From: Hormoscilla sp.
GTDB lineage: Bacteria; Cyanobacteriota; Cyanobacteriia; Cyanobacteriales; Desertifilaceae
DNA length: 28,979 nt
Reading direction: 5' to 3'
NCBI GenBank assembly: GCA_051439505.1
Contig: JBFRWI010000013.1
Location: forward strand, 1 to 28,979
Shown: one piece after another, positions 28,098 to 28,979 of the stretch
Position numbering within the stretch: the first letter of the stretch is position 1
Layout: every line of letters begins with the position of its first letter
The notes under the pieces: generated by a model
What the model was told of the DNA's origin: nothing
The model's input: only the letters and a program-made list of their open reading frames with translations
The model's database searches: none
Program-made: the position numbers and the translations under genes

Positions 28098-28499
28098 GGC
28101 TCGGGATATGCTGTGAGAATATAGTATCCTAATGATAAATGAGAATCTCTCAGGAGAATGGCTTGCACTTTTTGAGCAGGAATAAGATTTGTTCCTCCCC
28201 GTTCTAAACTAACCCCTACTTGACTGCTGGCTGTGTATGGGTTGAGTTGCAGCCGGAGTCTACTACCACTCAACCAGGCAGTTATGGCTGCTTGGTTGGC
28301 GTCGATCGCCTCTGATATGGCTGCTTCTGCTATGGTACGATCTCTGAAAGATGAAGCTCTGGAGATATGAAGTCGAGCAGCTAAACGGTTAGCAAGTTGA
28401 GCTTCTGTCTGTCCGACATGTCTTGGCTTCGGTGTGACCCCCCGCATTTTCATGTGCTGTCAGACCTCCTCCTGGAACTAGACGACTGGAATTTGACAA
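28094..28499 (-). pseudogene. Orphan bacterial RNase A-like (CdiA-CT type) toxin, +1 frameshift
   Basis: TTG 28499 frame: SNSSRLVPGGGLTAHENAGGHTEA; shifts near 28424 into RHVGQTEAQLANRL...ASSF...ANQAAITAWL...YYILTAYP. Confidence 0.8.
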
Positions 28500-28542
28500 T
28501 GTTTGTTATGTTGTAAACTAGCTTCACTATTTAATTATACTT

Positions 28543-28616
28543 CCCGATCGCCCCATATGCCCGATCGCCCCATATGCCCGATCGCCCCTTCCCCGATCGC
28601 CCCTATCCCGATCGCC
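28543..28616. repeat. Five-unit tandem repeat with core CCCGATCGCC
   Basis: Cores at 28543, 28560, 28577, 28592 and 28607 (periods 17,17,15,15). Confidence 0.9.
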
Positions 28617-28645
28617 TCCTTCCACCATCTCCACCTATTATTTTA

Positions 28646-28969
28646 CTAAGGACACAGACTTAATGTAGCGCAATCTACTTTTATCTTCGGTCGCAGTTCC
28701 ACTTGCACTGTGGTTTTCATTTCTTCATTTTTCGGCGCTACAGGAAAATAAAATTTGCCGTTTATATAGTCAGTAACTATCATAAACTCAACTAACTCAA
28801 AGCTGAAAATTCCTATTGAATAATCAGCTATTTTTAGTTCTATTTGGACTGACTCTTGAATGATATCAACTCCAAATTTTAGCGTCACACCTAATTCATC
28901 GGTCGCTTCGTAACACCAATAACCATCTTGGGGATGGGAAATTTGCGGTTCTGCGCAAAATAATTCCAT
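28646..28969 (-). CDS. Acidic hypothetical protein, possible immunity protein (may start beyond the window)
   Basis: AT-rich 107-aa ORF, frame open to the window edge, co-oriented upstream of the toxin/immunity pair. Confidence 0.6.
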   Translation of the reverse strand: MELFCAEPQISHPQDGYWCYEATDELGVTLKFGVDIIQESVQIELKIADYSIGIFSFELVEFMIVTDYINGKFYFPVAPKNEEMKTTVQVELRPKIKVDCATLSLCP

Positions 28970-28979
28970 GAATTCTAGT

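Noticed and set aside
24915..28979. Integron-like cassette array or HIP1-defined toxin breakpoints
   Set aside because: Genes are in mixed orientation; no integrase or repeated attC-like site was seen; HIP1-like sites are near but not at the stub breakpoints

Overview
Cyanobacterial chromosomal segment: psbA genes, abundant HIP1 GCGATCGC/CGATCG sites and REP/MITE-like repeats. The repeat style suggests a filamentous lineage, but this is inference. (1) 1-3930, minus strand: a decayed four-unit tandem psbA array. It holds one intact psbA, one psbA cut by the window edge and two psbA 3' remnants. In one unit the psbA body has been replaced by an unrelated secreted-type gene while the psbA promoter, 3' end and terminator remain; a DUF433/DUF5615 toxin-antitoxin (TA) pair sits in front of the other remnant. 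(2) 3935-21609, mostly housekeeping: HIT protein, ComM/YifB, a large PAS/GAF histidine kinase, ureD-[dead MNT/HEPN]-ureA-[MscS]-ureB, M32 carboxypeptidase, K+ channel, PSII S4 protein, serA and prmA. This part also carries a MITE family with 9-bp target duplications. (3) 21814-28979, a conflict island: a 905-aa multidomain SH3/GH19 lytic-enzyme-like protein, a stack of TA modules in which the toxin is repeatedly cut off a few codons after its start, HicBA, and an orphan frameshifted RNase A-like CdiA-CT with its CdiI. All family assignments come from motif recognition by eye; no searches were run.
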